Positions 44,447 to 56,952 of a DNA stretch of 56,952 bases are shown in pieces. The position numbers and the translations under genes are program-made. The stretch's first letter is position 1. Every line of letters starts with the position of its first letter. The DNA lies in the NCBI GenBank assembly GCA_049654905.1, contig JBASIS010000047.1, forward strand, positions 1 through 56,952, given 5' to 3'. The DNA comes from Chromatiaceae bacterium. GTDB taxonomy: Bacteria; Pseudomonadota; Gammaproteobacteria; Chromatiales; Chromatiaceae. Under the pieces are notes generated by a model. That model did not search any database. It saw nothing but the letters and a program-made list of their open reading frames with translations, and had not been told where the DNA came from.

Positions 44447-47400
44447 ATGGCCCATTTTTTCATCGACCGTCCCGTCTTCGCCTGGGTTATCGCCATCCTG
44501 ATCATGTTGGCCGGGCTGCTGGCGATCTGGACCCTGCCCGTCAGCCAATATCCCGCCATCGCCCCGCCCGCCATCTCCATTACCGCCAACTATCCCGGTG
44601 CCTCGGCGCAAACGGTTCAGGACTCGGTGACCCAGATCATCGAGCAGCAGATGAACGGTCTCGATGGCCTGCGCTACATGTCCGCCACCAGCGAATCGAA
44701 CGGTCAGGCGACGGTGACCCTGACCTTCGCTAACGGGACCAACCCCGATACCGCCCAGATGCAGGTGCAGAACAAGCTGCAACTGGCCAGCGTGCTGTTG
44801 CCGGAGGAGGTACGGCAGCAGGGGCTGACGGTCGCCAAGTCGGTGCGTAACTTTCTCATGATCGTGGCCTTCGTCTCCCGGGATGGCCGTCTGACCAAGG
44901 CCGATCTGGGCGACTATGCCAACAGCATGGTCAAGGACCCCATCAGCCGGATCCCGGGCGTGGGCGAGGTGACGCTCTTCGAGACCCAATATGCCATGCG
45001 CATCTGGCTCGATCCCAACAAGCTGAACCAGTATGGCCTCACGCCCGCCGAGGTCTGGAGCGCCATCGAGGCCGAAAACGCCCAGGTCTCCGCGGGTCAA
45101 CTCGGCGCCCGCCCGGCGAACCAGGATCAACAGTTCACCGCAACCGTGAACGTCCAGAGCCGTCTGGCGACACCGGAGGAGTTTGGTGAAATTCGCCTGC
45201 GCACCCAGGAGGACGGGGCCGTGGTGCATCTGCGCGACGTGGCTCGGGTCGCCCTGGGCAGCGAGAGCTACAGCCGTAACGGCCGCCACCTGGGTAAGCC
45301 CGCCGCGGGCATGGCGATCCGCCTGGCCACCGGGGCCAATGCCCTGGAGACCGCCGATGCCGTCAAACGCAAGGTGGCGGACCTGGCCGCCTACTTCCCG
45401 GCGGGCATGGAGTACGTCTTCCCCTACGACACCACGCCCTTCGTGCGTATCTCCATCGGCAAGGTGGTGACGACCCTCTTCGAGGCGGTGGCCCTGGTGT
45501 TTTTGGTCATGTACCTCTTTCTGCAGAATTTCCGGGCCACCCTGATCCCGGCCATCGCCGTGCCCGTGGTGTTGCTGGGCACCTTTGGGGTCCTGGCGGC
45601 CTTTGGCTATTCCATCAATACCCTGACCCTCTTTGCCATGGTACTGGCCATTGGCCTGCTGGTGGACGACGCCATCGTGGTGGTGGAAAACGTCGCGCGG
45701 GTGATGCACGAGGACCATCTGCCACCCCGGGAGGCGACGCGGAAGTCCATGGACCAGATTACCAGCGCTATCATCGGCATCGCCCTGGTGCTCTCGGCGG
45801 TCTTCGTCCCCATGGCCTTCTTTGGGGGTTCCACCGGTGTTATCTACCGCCAGTTTGCCGTAACCATTGTCGCGGCCATGCTGCTGTCGGTGCTAGTGGC
45901 CCTGACCCTGACCCCGGCCTTGACGGCGACCCTGCTCCAGCCCCTCGATCAGGATCATCATGAGCGGCGGCGGGGCTTTCTGGGCTGGTTCAACCGCGGC
46001 TTCAATCGCAGCGTCGGTTTTTACACCCGGGGCACGGGCTTCATGCTCCAGCGGCGCTGGTTCTTTCTCGCGGTCTATCTGCTGCTGGTGGGTGCCCTGG
46101 CCTGGTTATACCCGCGTCTGCCGAGTGCCTTCCTGCCAGACGAGGACCAGGGCATCCTCATCATGCAGGCGGTACTGCCCGCTGGCGCCACCCTGGAGCG
46201 CACCGAAAAAGTCCTGGAACAGATCGAGCGGCACTTCCGCGACAACGAGGCCGAGGCGGTTCAGGAATTCATCACGGTGGCCGGCTTCAGTTTCGCTGGT
46301 CAGGGTCAGAACATGGCCATCGGTTTCGTCAAGCTGAAGGACTGGTCGGAGCGCAATCGGCCGGATCTGGGGGTGCGCGCCGTCGCGGGGCGGGCCATGC
46401 AGGCCTTCGCGGGCATCCGCGATGCCCAGGTCTTCGCCTTCCCGCCGCCGGCCGTGATCGAACTGGGCACCGCCACGGGCTGGAACGTCCAGCTCCAGGA
46501 CCGGGTCGGGGTGGGACATGAGGCCCTCATGGCGGCCCAGGGCCAATTCATGGGCATGGCGGCCAAGGACCCGCGCCTCATGGCGGTACGGCCCAACGGG
46601 CGCGAGGACGAGGCTCAGCTCCAGGTTGACGTGGATCGGACCCGCGCCGGGGCCCTGGGCCTGTCGCTGGCGGACATCAACCGGACCCTGGCGGTCGCCT
46701 GGGGGAGTGCCTACATCGATGACTTCGTCCATGAGGGCCGGGTCAAACGGGTTTATCTCCAGGCCGATGCCCCCTTCCGCATGTTGCCGGAGGACCTGGA
46801 TGTCTGGTACGTGCGCAACAAGCAGGGCGAGATGGTGCCCTTCTCGGCCTTTGCCACTCTGCGCTGGGTCTTTGGGTCGCCGCGTCTGGAACGCTTCAAC
46901 GGTCTGGCCTCGGCCGAGATCCTGGGTCAGGCCGCCCCCGGCGTCAGTTCCGGGGAGGCCATGGCGGCGGTCGAGGAACTGGTCGGGAAGCTGCCAAGCG
47001 GCATAGGCCTGGAATGGACCGGCATCTCCTTCGAGGAGCGCAGCGCCGGGGCCCAGGCACCCCTGCTCTTCAGCTTGTCGGTGCTAGTAGTTTTGCTGAC
47101 CCTGGCCGCGCTTTACGAGAGTTGGTCCGTGCCCTTCGCCGTCATTCTGGGGGTGCCCATCGGCGTCCTGGGCGCGGTCCTCGCGGCCATGGGGAGGGGT
47201 CTGCCGAGTGATATCTACTTCCAGGTCGGGCTGTTGGCCACCATCGGTCTGGCGGCCAAGAACGCCATCCTCATCGTCGAGTTTGCCCGCACCCTGCAGG
47301 AACAGGGTCGGGATGCCGCGGGCGCGGCGCTGGAGGCGGCCCGGCTGCGTATCCGGCCCATCGTCATGACCTCCCTGGCCTTCGGCTTTGGCGTGCTGCC

Positions 47401-47590
47401 GCTGGCCATCAGCACGGGCGCGGGTTCCGGGGCCCAGCATGCCGTGGGCACGGGGGTGTTGGGCGGCGTCATCGCCAGTACCCTGCTGGGGGTCTTTTTC
47501 GTGCCCCTCTTCTTTGTCCTGATCCGGGGGCGGATGCGTAAGCGGGCGGACAAGGCCGTCGCCTTGCCGGAGGTCTCAGCCCATGGTTGA
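44447..47590 (+). CDS. RND multidrug efflux permease (AcrB/MexB-like, HAE1)
   Basis: [23 protein letters not shown]..., [14 protein letters not shown], 1047 aa. Confidence 0.93.
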   Translation: MAHFFIDRPVFAWVIAILIMLAGLLAIWTLPVSQYPAIAPPAISITANYPGASAQTVQDSVTQIIEQQMNGLDGLRYMSATSESNGQATVTLTFANGTNPDTAQMQVQNKLQLASVLLPEEVRQQGLTVAKSVRNFLMIVAFVSRDGRLTKADLGDYANSMVKDPISRIPGVGEVTLFETQYAMRIWLDPNKLNQYGLTPAEVWSAIEAENAQVSAGQLGARPANQDQQFTATVNVQSRLATPEEFGEIRLRTQEDGAVVHLRDVARVALGSESYSRNGRHLGKPAAGMAIRLATGANALETADAVKRKVADLAAYFPAGMEYVFPYDTTPFVRISIGKVVTTLFEAVALVFLVMYLFLQNFRATLIPAIAVPVVLLGTFGVLAAFGYSINTLTLFAMVLAIGLLVDDAIVVVENVARVMHEDHLPPREATRKSMDQITSAIIGIALVLSAVFVPMAFFGGSTGVIYRQFAVTIVAAMLLSVLVALTLTPALTATLLQPLDQDHHERRRGFLGWFNRGFNRSVGFYTRGTGFMLQRRWFFLAVYLLLVGALAWLYPRLPSAFLPDEDQGILIMQAVLPAGATLERTEKVLEQIERHFRDNEAEAVQEFITVAGFSFAGQGQNMAIGFVKLKDWSERNRPDLGVRAVAGRAMQAFAGIRDAQVFAFPPPAVIELGTATGWNVQLQDRVGVGHEALMAAQGQFMGMAAKDPRLMAVRPNGREDEAQLQVDVDRTRAGALGLSLADINRTLAVAWGSAYIDDFVHEGRVKRVYLQADAPFRMLPEDLDVWYVRNKQGEMVPFSAFATLRWVFGSPRLERFNGLASAEILGQAAPGVSSGEAMAAVEELVGKLPSGIGLEWTGISFEERSAGAQAPLLFSLSVLVVLLTLAALYESWSVPFAVILGVPIGVLGAVLAAMGRGLPSDIYFQVGLLATIGLAAKNAILIVEFARTLQEQGRDAAGAALEAARLRIRPIVMTSLAFGFGVLPLAISTGAGSGAQHAVGTGVLGGVIASTLLGVFFVPLFFVLIRGRMRKRADKAVALPEVSAHG

Positions 47591-48185
47591 CCCAGTGGAT
47601 CAGCTCTTGGATCAGGAGGTCCGCGGCCAGGTCCGGCGGCAGCGGATCCTGGACGCCGCCGCGGCCTGCTTCGTCCGCGAGGGTTTTCATGGCGCCAGCA
47701 TTGCCCGTATCGCCAAGGCGGCGGGCATGAGCGCCGGCAACCTCTATCACTTCTTCGAGAGCAAGGAGGCCATAATCGGGGCCCTGGTGCAGCGCAAGCT
47801 GGATGAGTCGCTGGCCCTCTTTGCCCAGATCGAGAACGCCGAGGACCTGTTTCATGCCATGATGGAGCGGGTCGAGGCGAGTCTCAATGAGCGGACGGAC
47901 AGGGATAATGCCGCCCTGGAGTTGGAGATTCTGGCCGAGGCGGCGCGCAATCCAGCGGTGGCGACCATCGTCCGCGTCGCCGACGCCGCCACGCGCGAGC
48001 GCCTGCGCCATCTCTATCGCGCTGCCCGCCAGGCGCGGGGCCTGCCTGTGGAGGACGAGGCCGCCGCCACCGAGGTGTTGACGGCCTTGTTCCAGGGGCT
48101 GCCGGCCCGCGCCATCAGTCATCCCGAGCTGGACCGGGTCGGTCTGGTGCCCATGCTGCGGCTGGCCTTGGGAACCCTGTTTTGA
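47583..48185 (+). CDS. TetR/AcrR-family transcriptional regulator
   Basis: [47 protein letters not shown]; overlaps the permease 3' end by 8 nt. Confidence 0.85.
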   Translation: MVDPVDQLLDQEVRGQVRRQRILDAAAACFVREGFHGASIARIAKAAGMSAGNLYHFFESKEAIIGALVQRKLDESLALFAQIENAEDLFHAMMERVEASLNERTDRDNAALELEILAEAARNPAVATIVRVADAATRERLRHLYRAARQARGLPVEDEAAATEVLTALFQGLPARAISHPELDRVGLVPMLRLALGTLF

Positions 48186-48215
48186 GGCGACCCCTGTGGA
48201 TCGAGGGTGGGGATA

Positions 48216-48716
48216 TCAGAGGTCGCCGCTGGCGCCGGCTTCCATGATCTCGCGCAGGGTGTCGCGGACCTTGATGGCCTTTTCCAACAGGACGGGCGGC
48301 AAGTCGGCGGAGCGGATGGCCAGATCCAGGTCCAGGGTCACCAGCCAGTTATGGCCATCCTTGTCCTCAATGAGGGTGATGCGGCACGGCAGATAGGCGG
48401 AAAAGTCGATGTCGTGCTCGAGCATTTCGTGGGCGATGAGGGCATCGCAGAACTGAAAGATCTCCACCCGCCGGCTCTCAATATCCATGCTCCGCAATTG
48501 CTGGGAGAGGGGCAGGTGGGCAACCAGCTTGAAATTCAGGGCATTGGCGCGCAGCTTCATGGACTCGATGGCGCTGTCCGCGGTGATGCCCTCCGCCAGG
48601 GGCATTTTGAGTACGGTATCGGCAATCTTCGGCATGGGCTCCTGATCGGCCATAACGAGGGGACTGATGAGCAGCGAAAGCACTGCCAGGATGGCGATGG
48701 CGGTCAATTTGCGCAT
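48216..48716 (-). CDS. Secreted DUF302 domain protein
   Basis: Signal peptide MRKLTAIAILAVLSLLISPLVMA; RVEIFQFCDALIAHEMLEHDIDFSAYLPCRITLIED fits DUF302. Start at ATG (rc) 48716. Confidence 0.65.
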   Translation of the reverse strand: MRKLTAIAILAVLSLLISPLVMADQEPMPKIADTVLKMPLAEGITADSAIESMKLRANALNFKLVAHLPLSQQLRSMDIESRRVEIFQFCDALIAHEMLEHDIDFSAYLPCRITLIEDKDGHNWLVTLDLDLAIRSADLPPVLLEKAIKVRDTLREIMEAGASGDL

Positions 48717-48887
48717 CTGTTGGAGCTCCTTGGGCGCGGCACGGGCCCATTGGTGATGGGTGGGGGAAAGGTGTCGTAGGAAGAATATTCTGGACCTTTG
48801 GCCAGGGGCTGCCAATCAGGGTTCGGCTAATGGACGTCCTGTTTCAAGATTCCCCTGTCCCCTTTGCCGCCCCTGCCGCATCCCTTG

Positions 48888-49184
48888 TCAGTTGTCTAAC
48901 CGGTAATGCTTCTCGACGGGCTCCAGAACCTCCCAGGCGCAGGTCAGGCCGGCGGGGAAGGTGATGAGGTCGCCGCGCTTGAATTCACGGGGCTCGCCAC
49001 CCTCGGGGGTGACCCGAAAGCGTCCGCGCTGGATATAGCAGGTCTCGGTCTTGGCGTAACGCCAGGGAAATGACGAGACTTCCTTGCGCCAGAGGGGCCA
49101 GTGATCGATACCCAGTACCTCCAGCTTGGCGGGTGAGGGTTTGTGCTCGCAGTGGATTTCCTGGTCGCGGTCTGGATCGCTCAT
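48888..49184 (-). CDS. Small cupin (DUF861/cupin_3-like) protein
   Basis: WPLWRKEVSSFPWRYAKTETCYIQRGRFRVTPEGGEPREFKRGDLITFPAGLTCAWEV. Confidence 0.65.
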   Translation of the reverse strand: MSDPDRDQEIHCEHKPSPAKLEVLGIDHWPLWRKEVSSFPWRYAKTETCYIQRGRFRVTPEGGEPREFKRGDLITFPAGLTCAWEVLEPVEKHYRLDN

Positions 49185-49330
49185 GGCTTGGGCTCCGGGT
49201 TGGCGGGGTGCCGGGTCACCCCGGCACGGTAAGTCCCTCTGGAGTAGGGATAGCGGCGCCGGCTTTTCAAGTCCGGACCCCTCAAGGCACCCTCTTGCGC
49301 CTTTGGCCGGCGTGTCGGAAACTCTAACTC

Positions 49331-49831
49331 ATGAAAGCCTACCTTGAAAAGCTAGCGGAAGCGGTCGGTCATCGTCTGCTGGCGCGCCAGGCCCTAGTCG
49401 CCACGGCCGAATCCTGCACCGGTGGTTGGATCGCCCAAGTGCTGACGTCCGTGCCGGGTTCCAGCCTTTGGTTCGATCGGGGCTTCGTCACCTACAGCAA
49501 TCAGGCCAAGCAGGAGATGCTGGGCGTGGCGCCGGAAACCCTGGCGGCCCATGGCGCCGTCAGTGCTCCGGTGGTGGCCGAAATGGCGGCTGGGGCTCTG
49601 AATCACAGCCAGGCCCGGTTCGCCGTGGCGGTGAGCGGCGTCGCGGGCCCGGGTGGCGGCAGCGAGGACAAACCCGTGGGTACCGTCTATCTGGCCTGGG
49701 CCTGGCGAGACCATGCGCCCCTGATCCAGCGCCGGCAATTCGCCGGTGATCGCGAGGAGATCCGTCGCCAGACGGTTCGCGTGGCCCTAGAGCACCTCAT
49801 TGAATTACTCGATGTCGATGCCGATGGCTGA
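49331..49831 (+). CDS. pncC: Nicotinamide-nucleotide amidase PncC (CinA C-terminal domain)
   Basis: ATAESCTGGWIAQVLTSVPGSSLWFDRGFVTYSNQAKQEMLGV...VSGVAGPGGGSEDKPVGTVY; position upstream of recA. Confidence 0.88.
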   Translation: MKAYLEKLAEAVGHRLLARQALVATAESCTGGWIAQVLTSVPGSSLWFDRGFVTYSNQAKQEMLGVAPETLAAHGAVSAPVVAEMAAGALNHSQARFAVAVSGVAGPGGGSEDKPVGTVYLAWAWRDHAPLIQRRQFAGDREEIRRQTVRVALEHLIELLDVDADG

Positions 49832-50345
49832 GCCCCTGTTCCTGGCCCTCTGGCCCGGCGCGGCCCAGCGTCTGGCCCTCGCCCGGGTCCAGGCGGCCCT
49901 GCCCCCGCGGACCGGGCGCCCGACTCACCCCGAGGACATCCATCTCACTTTAGTCTTTTTGGGCCCCGCCAGCCCGGAACAGCGCCACTGCGTCGAGGCG
50001 GCCGCCGAGCGGGTACGGAGCCACCCTTTTGAGCTGGCGCTGGATCGGGTGGGATCCTTCCCCCGGGCCCGGGTTCTCTGGTGCGGGGCCGATACCGCGC
50101 CGCCCCCCTTGGCCGATCTGGTCCTGGCCCTGCGGTCGGAACTGGCGGGCTGTGGCTTTGCCCTCGACAACCGCCCCTACTGTCCCCACGCCACCCTGGC
50201 GCGCAAGGCGCCTGCCCTGGAGGCCTATACCCTGGACCCGCCCATCCGCTGGCCAGTGGCTTCCTTCGTGCTCGCCTATGGCCAGGAAGGTCCGCCGCCC
50301 CGTTACCGCATCCTGCGACGCTGGTCTCTGGACGGATCTTGCTGA
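49824..50345 (+). CDS. thpR: RNA 2',3'-cyclic phosphodiesterase (2'-5' RNA ligase family, ThpR/LigT)
   Basis: Two HxT/S motifs, HLTLVFLG and HATLAR. ATG 49824 overlaps the pncC stop by 8 nt. Confidence 0.8.
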   Translation: MAEPLFLALWPGAAQRLALARVQAALPPRTGRPTHPEDIHLTLVFLGPASPEQRHCVEAAAERVRSHPFELALDRVGSFPRARVLWCGADTAPPPLADLVLALRSELAGCGFALDNRPYCPHATLARKAPALEAYTLDPPIRWPVASFVLAYGQEGPPPRYRILRRWSLDGSC

Positions 50346-50463
50346 ATCAAGCCTTCGGCGCCATGACGGCGCCAATCCTCTATGCGATACTTGATCCCTT
50401 GAGTTTGGGCGGGGCCAAAGAGCCGCCCAGCGACGGCAATCCTATAGCCAGGAGCTAACAAAG

Positions 50464-51495
50464 ATGGACGAAAACCGCAAAAAGGCGTTGGCCGCCGCCC
50501 TCACCCAGATCGAGAAGCAGTTCGGCAAGGGTTCGGTCATGCGCATGGGCGACGCGGGCGCCATCCGCAACGTGGAGGTCATCTCCACGGGCTCCCTGGG
50601 CCTGGATATCGCCTTGGGTGTCGGGGGGGTGCCCAGGGGCCGGGTGGTGGAGATCTATGGCCCCGAGTCCTCCGGTAAGACGACCCTGACCCTGCATATT
50701 GTCGCCGAGGCCCAGAAACTGGGCGGCACCTGTGCCTTTGTCGATGCGGAACACGCCCTGGACCCCCTCTATGCCGGGCGCCTAGGCGTCAAGATGGACG
50801 AATTGCTGGTGTCCCAGCCGGATACGGGGGAGCAGGCCCTGGAGATCACCGACATGCTGGTGCGCTCCGGCGCCGTGGACGTGGTGGTGGTCGACTCGGT
50901 GGCGGCCCTGACGCCCAAGGCCGAAATCGAGGGCGAGATGGGTGATTCCCATGTCGGCCTGCAGGCGCGCCTCATGTCTCAGGCCCTGCGTAAGCTTACC
51001 GGCAATATCAATCGCTCCAACTGCATGGTGGTCTTCATCAATCAGATTAGGATGAAGATCGGCGTCATGTTCGGTAGCCCGGAAACCACCACCGGCGGCA
51101 ATGCCCTCAAGTTTTACGCCTCGGTGCGGCTGGATATCCGCCGCATCGGTGCCCTCAAGAAGGGCGAGGAGGTCATCGGCAACGAGACCAAGGTCAAGGT
51201 GGTCAAGAACAAGGTCGCACCCCCCTTCAAGCAGGCGGAATTCGACATCCTCTACGGCGAGGGGATCTCCCGCGAGGGCGAGATCATCGATCTGGGCGCC
51301 CAGCATGGCATCATCGATAAGTCGGGGGCCTGGTACAGCTATGGGGGCAACCGCATCGGTCAGGGCAAGGACAACGTGCGCCTCTATCTGAAGCAGAACC
51401 CGGCGCTGGCCGCCGAGATCGAGGTCAAGATCCGCGCCAAGCTGCTGCCGTCCGCCGATGCCGCTCCGGCTCCCGAGGCCGTGCCGGCGGAGTAG
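50464..51495 (+). CDS. recA: Recombinase RecA
   Basis: [30 protein letters not shown]..., [49 protein letters not shown]. Confidence 0.97.
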   Translation: MDENRKKALAAALTQIEKQFGKGSVMRMGDAGAIRNVEVISTGSLGLDIALGVGGVPRGRVVEIYGPESSGKTTLTLHIVAEAQKLGGTCAFVDAEHALDPLYAGRLGVKMDELLVSQPDTGEQALEITDMLVRSGAVDVVVVDSVAALTPKAEIEGEMGDSHVGLQARLMSQALRKLTGNINRSNCMVVFINQIRMKIGVMFGSPETTTGGNALKFYASVRLDIRRIGALKKGEEVIGNETKVKVVKNKVAPPFKQAEFDILYGEGISREGEIIDLGAQHGIIDKSGAWYSYGGNRIGQGKDNVRLYLKQNPALAAEIEVKIRAKLLPSADAAPAPEAVPAE

Positions 51496-51523
51496 CCTTA
51501 GGCCGCGCCCGATCCCGATCGCT

Positions 51524-52030
51524 ATGAATGAGGACCCGGAGGAGTTCGATGATGAACTCCTTATGGAGGCCGCGGCTACCCAGGGGGCCGACGCCGTACG
51601 CAACCAGGCCCTCCGCCTGCTCGCCAGCCGCGAGCACAGCCGTTGGGAACTGGAACGTAAGCTGCTGGCGCGGGGCTATGAGGCGGCCGTCCTGGCGGGG
51701 GTGCTGGATGCCCTGACCGAGACCGGCCTCCTGAGCGACGAACGCATGGCCGAGGCCTACGTGGCCGGCCGGCTGCGTAAGGGTTTCGGTCCCCTGCGGC
51801 TGCGTCAGGAGTTGCGCGAGCGGGGCCTGGACGATGATCTGATCGGCCCCTGCCTTGACCGAAGCACCAGCGATTGGCTGGAACTCATGACCCGGGTGGC
51901 GGCCAGAAAATTTGGCCCTGGCCGGGTCACCGATCGTAAGGAACTGGCGCGCCGCGCCCGTTTCCTGGAATATCGCGGCTTTCCGCCGGATCTCGTCGGT
52001 CGCTATCTGCGCGACGGGCCAGAAGCCTGA
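51524..52030 (+). CDS. recX: RecA regulator RecX
   Basis: [24 protein letters not shown]...; position directly after recA. Start at ATG 51524. Confidence 0.85.
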   Translation: MNEDPEEFDDELLMEAAATQGADAVRNQALRLLASREHSRWELERKLLARGYEAAVLAGVLDALTETGLLSDERMAEAYVAGRLRKGFGPLRLRQELRERGLDDDLIGPCLDRSTSDWLELMTRVAARKFGPGRVTDRKELARRARFLEYRGFPPDLVGRYLRDGPEA

Positions 52031-52094
52031 CATCGGCCGGGCCCCTAGGTCGGGAAGCGATGATTGTCATTTATTCCGTATTGAGTTTGCCGTC

Positions 52095-54701
<2,607 letters not shown>

Positions 54702-54782
54702 AATTCCATTTTCTTCCCCTGGTCGCTCCGCATCGCGGGGCGGCTGGGTATTCTTGACATTGGCAGAAGTAAGGAGAGTGCC

Positions 54783-56006
54783 ATGGCGCTCATTGTTCAA
54801 AAATACGGCGGTACCTCCGTCGGCAGCGTGGAGCGCATCCAGAACGTTGCCCAGCGCGTGAAACGCTGGCGCGATCGGGGCGATCAGGTGGTGGTGGTCG
54901 TCTCCGCCATGTCCGGCGAGACGGATCGTCTCATCGGCCTGGCCAAGGCCTTGCAGGAGCGTCCCCTCCCGCGGGAGCTGGATGTGCTGCTAGCCACCGG
55001 GGAACAGGTCACGATCGCCCTGCTGGCTATGGCGCTGGACCAGATCGGCTGTCCCGCCCGCTCCTATACGGGTGCCCAGGTCCAAATCCTCACGGACAGC
55101 GCCCACAACAAGGCGCGCATCCGCGAAATCGAGGGGACCAACATCCGCGCGGATCTGGATGCCGGGAGCGTGGTGGTGGTGGCGGGCTTCCAGGGCGTGG
55201 ACGAAGACGGCAATATCACCACCCTGGGGCGTGGCGGGTCGGACACCTCCGCCGTGGCCGTGGCCGCCGCCCTGCACGCCGACGAGTGCCAGATTTACAC
55301 CGACGTGGATGGTGTCTATACCACGGACCCGCGCGTGGAGCCCCGCGCCCGCAAACTCGACCGCATCACCTTCGAGGAGATGCTTGAGATGGCCAGCCTG
55401 GGCTCCAAGGTCCTGCAAATCCGCTCCGTGGAGTTTGCGGGTAAGTACAGGGTCCCATTGCGCGTGCTCTCCAGCTTCGAAGAGGGGGAGGGCACGCTGA
55501 TTTCACTTGAGGAGGACGCCGTGGAACAAGCGGTCATTTCCGGTATTGCATTCGCCCGCGACGAGGCCAAGCTGACCATCCTGGGGGTACCAGACCAGCC
55601 GGGCGTCGCCTACAAGATTTTGGGTCCCATCGCGGACGCCAATATCGAAGTGGACATGATCATCCAAAATATCGCCGCCGACGAGGCGACGACGGACTTC
55701 ACCTTCACCGTCCATCGCGGCGAGTATCAGCGGGCACTGGAGATCCTCAAGGGCACCGCCGTCTCCCTGGCCGCGCGTCAGGTCCTGGGTGACGATCGCA
55801 TCGCCAAGATCTCCATCGTTGGCGTAGGGATGCGCTCCCACGCGGGCATCGCCAGCAAGATGTTCGCCGCTCTGGCCAAGGAGGGGATCAACATCCGCAT
55901 GATCTCCACCTCCGAGATCAAGATCTCCGTGGTCGTGGACGAGAAATATCTGGAACTCGGCGTGCGCACTCTGCATAGTGCCTTTGGGTTGGACAAAAAT
56001 GATTGA
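54783..56006 (+). CDS. lysC: Aspartate kinase (two C-terminal ACT domains)
   Basis: MALIVQKYGGTSVGSVERI..., VVVVSAMSGETDRL, GRGGSDTSAVAVAAAL. AAGGAGAG ribosome-binding site 5-6 nt upstream. Confidence 0.93.
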   Translation: MALIVQKYGGTSVGSVERIQNVAQRVKRWRDRGDQVVVVVSAMSGETDRLIGLAKALQERPLPRELDVLLATGEQVTIALLAMALDQIGCPARSYTGAQVQILTDSAHNKARIREIEGTNIRADLDAGSVVVVAGFQGVDEDGNITTLGRGGSDTSAVAVAAALHADECQIYTDVDGVYTTDPRVEPRARKLDRITFEEMLEMASLGSKVLQIRSVEFAGKYRVPLRVLSSFEEGEGTLISLEEDAVEQAVISGIAFARDEAKLTILGVPDQPGVAYKILGPIADANIEVDMIIQNIAADEATTDFTFTVHRGEYQRALEILKGTAVSLAARQVLGDDRIAKISIVGVGMRSHAGIASKMFAALAKEGINIRMISTSEIKISVVVDEKYLELGVRTLHSAFGLDKND

Positions 56007-56021
56007 CCGGAGGCGATCCGT

Positions 56022-56061
56022 CCCAAAAAGGCTGGCTATCGCGCAAAAAGGCCTTTTTGGG
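56022..56061 (+). terminator. Hairpin downstream of lysC
   Basis: cccaaaaaggc (56022-56032) pairs with gcctttttggg (56051-56061), starting 16 nt after the lysC stop. The stem is AT-rich, so the call is weak. Confidence 0.35.
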
Positions 56062-56217
56062 GCCTCTGGCAGTTGCTAAAATTCACCGCACACGGAGTCG
56101 TACCCAGGCCTTCGTGATTGGTTGCTTCGCGGTCCCAGCGTCTGAGCCGGCAATGCCGCTCCTCGCCGCCTCTGGCCCGCGTTCTGGTTAAAGGAATAGA
56201 AAGGGAGAGAACGCGAA

Positions 56218-56433
56218 ATGTTGATACTCACGAGAAGGGTCGGCGAGACCCTCATGATCGGAGATGAGGTGACCGTCACCGTCCTTGGCGTCAAGGGCAA
56301 CCAGGTGCGCATCGGCGTCAACGCCCCCCGGGACGTCGCCGTCCATCGCGAGGAGATCTACGAGCGTATCAAGCGTGAACAGGCCGGGCAGGGCGGCGGT
56401 GGCGAAATCGATAGCGATATCGAGAGCGATTAG
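56218..56433 (+). CDS. csrA: Carbon storage regulator CsrA (with an about 10-aa acidic C-terminal extension)
   Basis: [52 protein letters not shown]. Confidence 0.95.
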   Translation: MLILTRRVGETLMIGDEVTVTVLGVKGNQVRIGVNAPRDVAVHREEIYERIKREQAGQGGGGEIDSDIESD

Positions 56434-56508
56434 CTATGGCGCCAAACGGCAGGCGGGACTATAATACTCCGCCTGCTAAGGCACCCGCCACAACCGCCAA
56501 GGTTTCCA

Positions 56509-56601
56509 GGAGAGATGGCCGAGAGGCTGAAGGCGCTCCCCTGCTAAGGGAGTATGGGGCTTATACCTCCATCGAGGGTTCGAATCCCTCTCTCTCCGCC
56601 A
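56509..56601 (+). tRNA. tRNA-Ser (anticodon GCU), class II with long variable arm, encoded CCA
   Basis: Acceptor GGAGAGA/TCTCTCC, anticodon stem CTCCC/GGGAG with loop CTGCTAA, T-arm GAGGG-TTCGAAT-CCCTC, discriminator G plus CCA. csrA-tRNA-Ser synteny as in enterobacteria. Confidence 0.9.
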
Positions 56602-56952
56602 CTTCAAGCCAAAAACTCTAATAAAATCAGTCTTCTCTCTCTTCCGATTTCTTACCGAACCACCTTTTGAACCACCTTTGAGCCTTTAACCTTCCCCCAA
56701 TCAAGGTTGGTAGGGCATGGTCGGTGGGGGTGGGTTGCTCGTCTGATTTTCTGCGCGGCGTGCCTGCTCCCGGTCGTCTGGCGCTTCACCGTCCGGTTAA
56801 AACCCGGAATATCACACTCTATTTCCTTTTGATTCAGCATCTTATGCGCTACGGGCGTTGAGGCTGTCCGTGGCTGTCTGACGCGTTGCGTGGGCGGGTA
56901 AGGGCAAAGCCAGGGGTGGGGTCTGCGGCGGGCGCTACGGGGCGCCTACGAG

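Noticed and set aside
50346-50463. LexA SOS box upstream of recA.
   Set aside because: I scanned for CTGT-N8-ACAG and found no match in the 118-nt spacer. A non-canonical LexA motif cannot be excluded without a matrix search.
54702-54782. Possible lysine riboswitch (L-box) upstream of lysC.
   Set aside because: The alaS-lysC spacer is only 81 nt, far too short for the L-box of about 180 nt, and I saw no L-box-like helices. It holds only a TTGACA-like hexamer and a strong AAGGAGAG ribosome-binding site.
56460-56465. Perfect TATAAT hexamer in the loop of a hairpin (56449-56476) upstream of tRNA-Ser, as a possible tRNA promoter.
   Set aside because: There is no acceptable -35 element at 17-bp spacing, and the hexamer is 44 nt from the mature 5' end. 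It could equally be the csrA terminator hairpin, so it is too ambiguous to call.
56652-56840. 62-aa minus-strand ORF next to tRNA-Ser as a possible integrase or excisionase.
   Set aside because: No recombinase or HTH motifs are recognisable, and the orientation and size do not fit a P4-type integrase. It is kept only as part of the low-interest flank observation.

Overview
High-GC (by eye about 63-65%) gammaproteobacterial chromosomal window. A housekeeping backbone (miaB-ybeZ-ybeY; phosphoribulokinase; rpsF-rpsR-DUF2232-rplI-dnaB-alr; radA; zapE; ampD; nadC; pncC-thpR-recA-recX-alaS-lysC-csrA-tRNA-Ser) is interrupted by several accessory modules. (1) At the left edge, a caspase-like/WD40/OmpA/CsgG-like envelope cluster (1-6789). 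(2) A low-GC islet with Mrr, a DUF4160/DUF2442 pair and a recombinase remnant (about 15240-17200). (3) A LAGLIDADG-containing intein inside dnaB (18525-19790). (4) An orphan class II Fic gene behind an AT-rich promoter. (5) A DUF1538-PII-CBS operon. (6) The most interesting region, a co-directional four-gene cassette at 32827-41556; its last two junctions are ATGA stop/start overlaps. It encodes a PLD(HKD)-SNF2 helicase fusion, an 1150-aa MmeI/Eco57I-like gamma-class N6-adenine methyltransferase whose target-recognition segment is a clear low-GC mosaic, an ABC/AAA_21-like ATPase, and a DUF4276 (Toprim-like) protein. I read it as a composite, possibly uncatalogued, restriction-modification-like defence system coupled to a split OLD-like ATPase/nuclease pair. 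No CRISPR array, IS element or rRNA gene was seen. Many long antisense ORFs in the track are high-GC artefacts. All family assignments rest on motifs I read in the translations; no database search was run.
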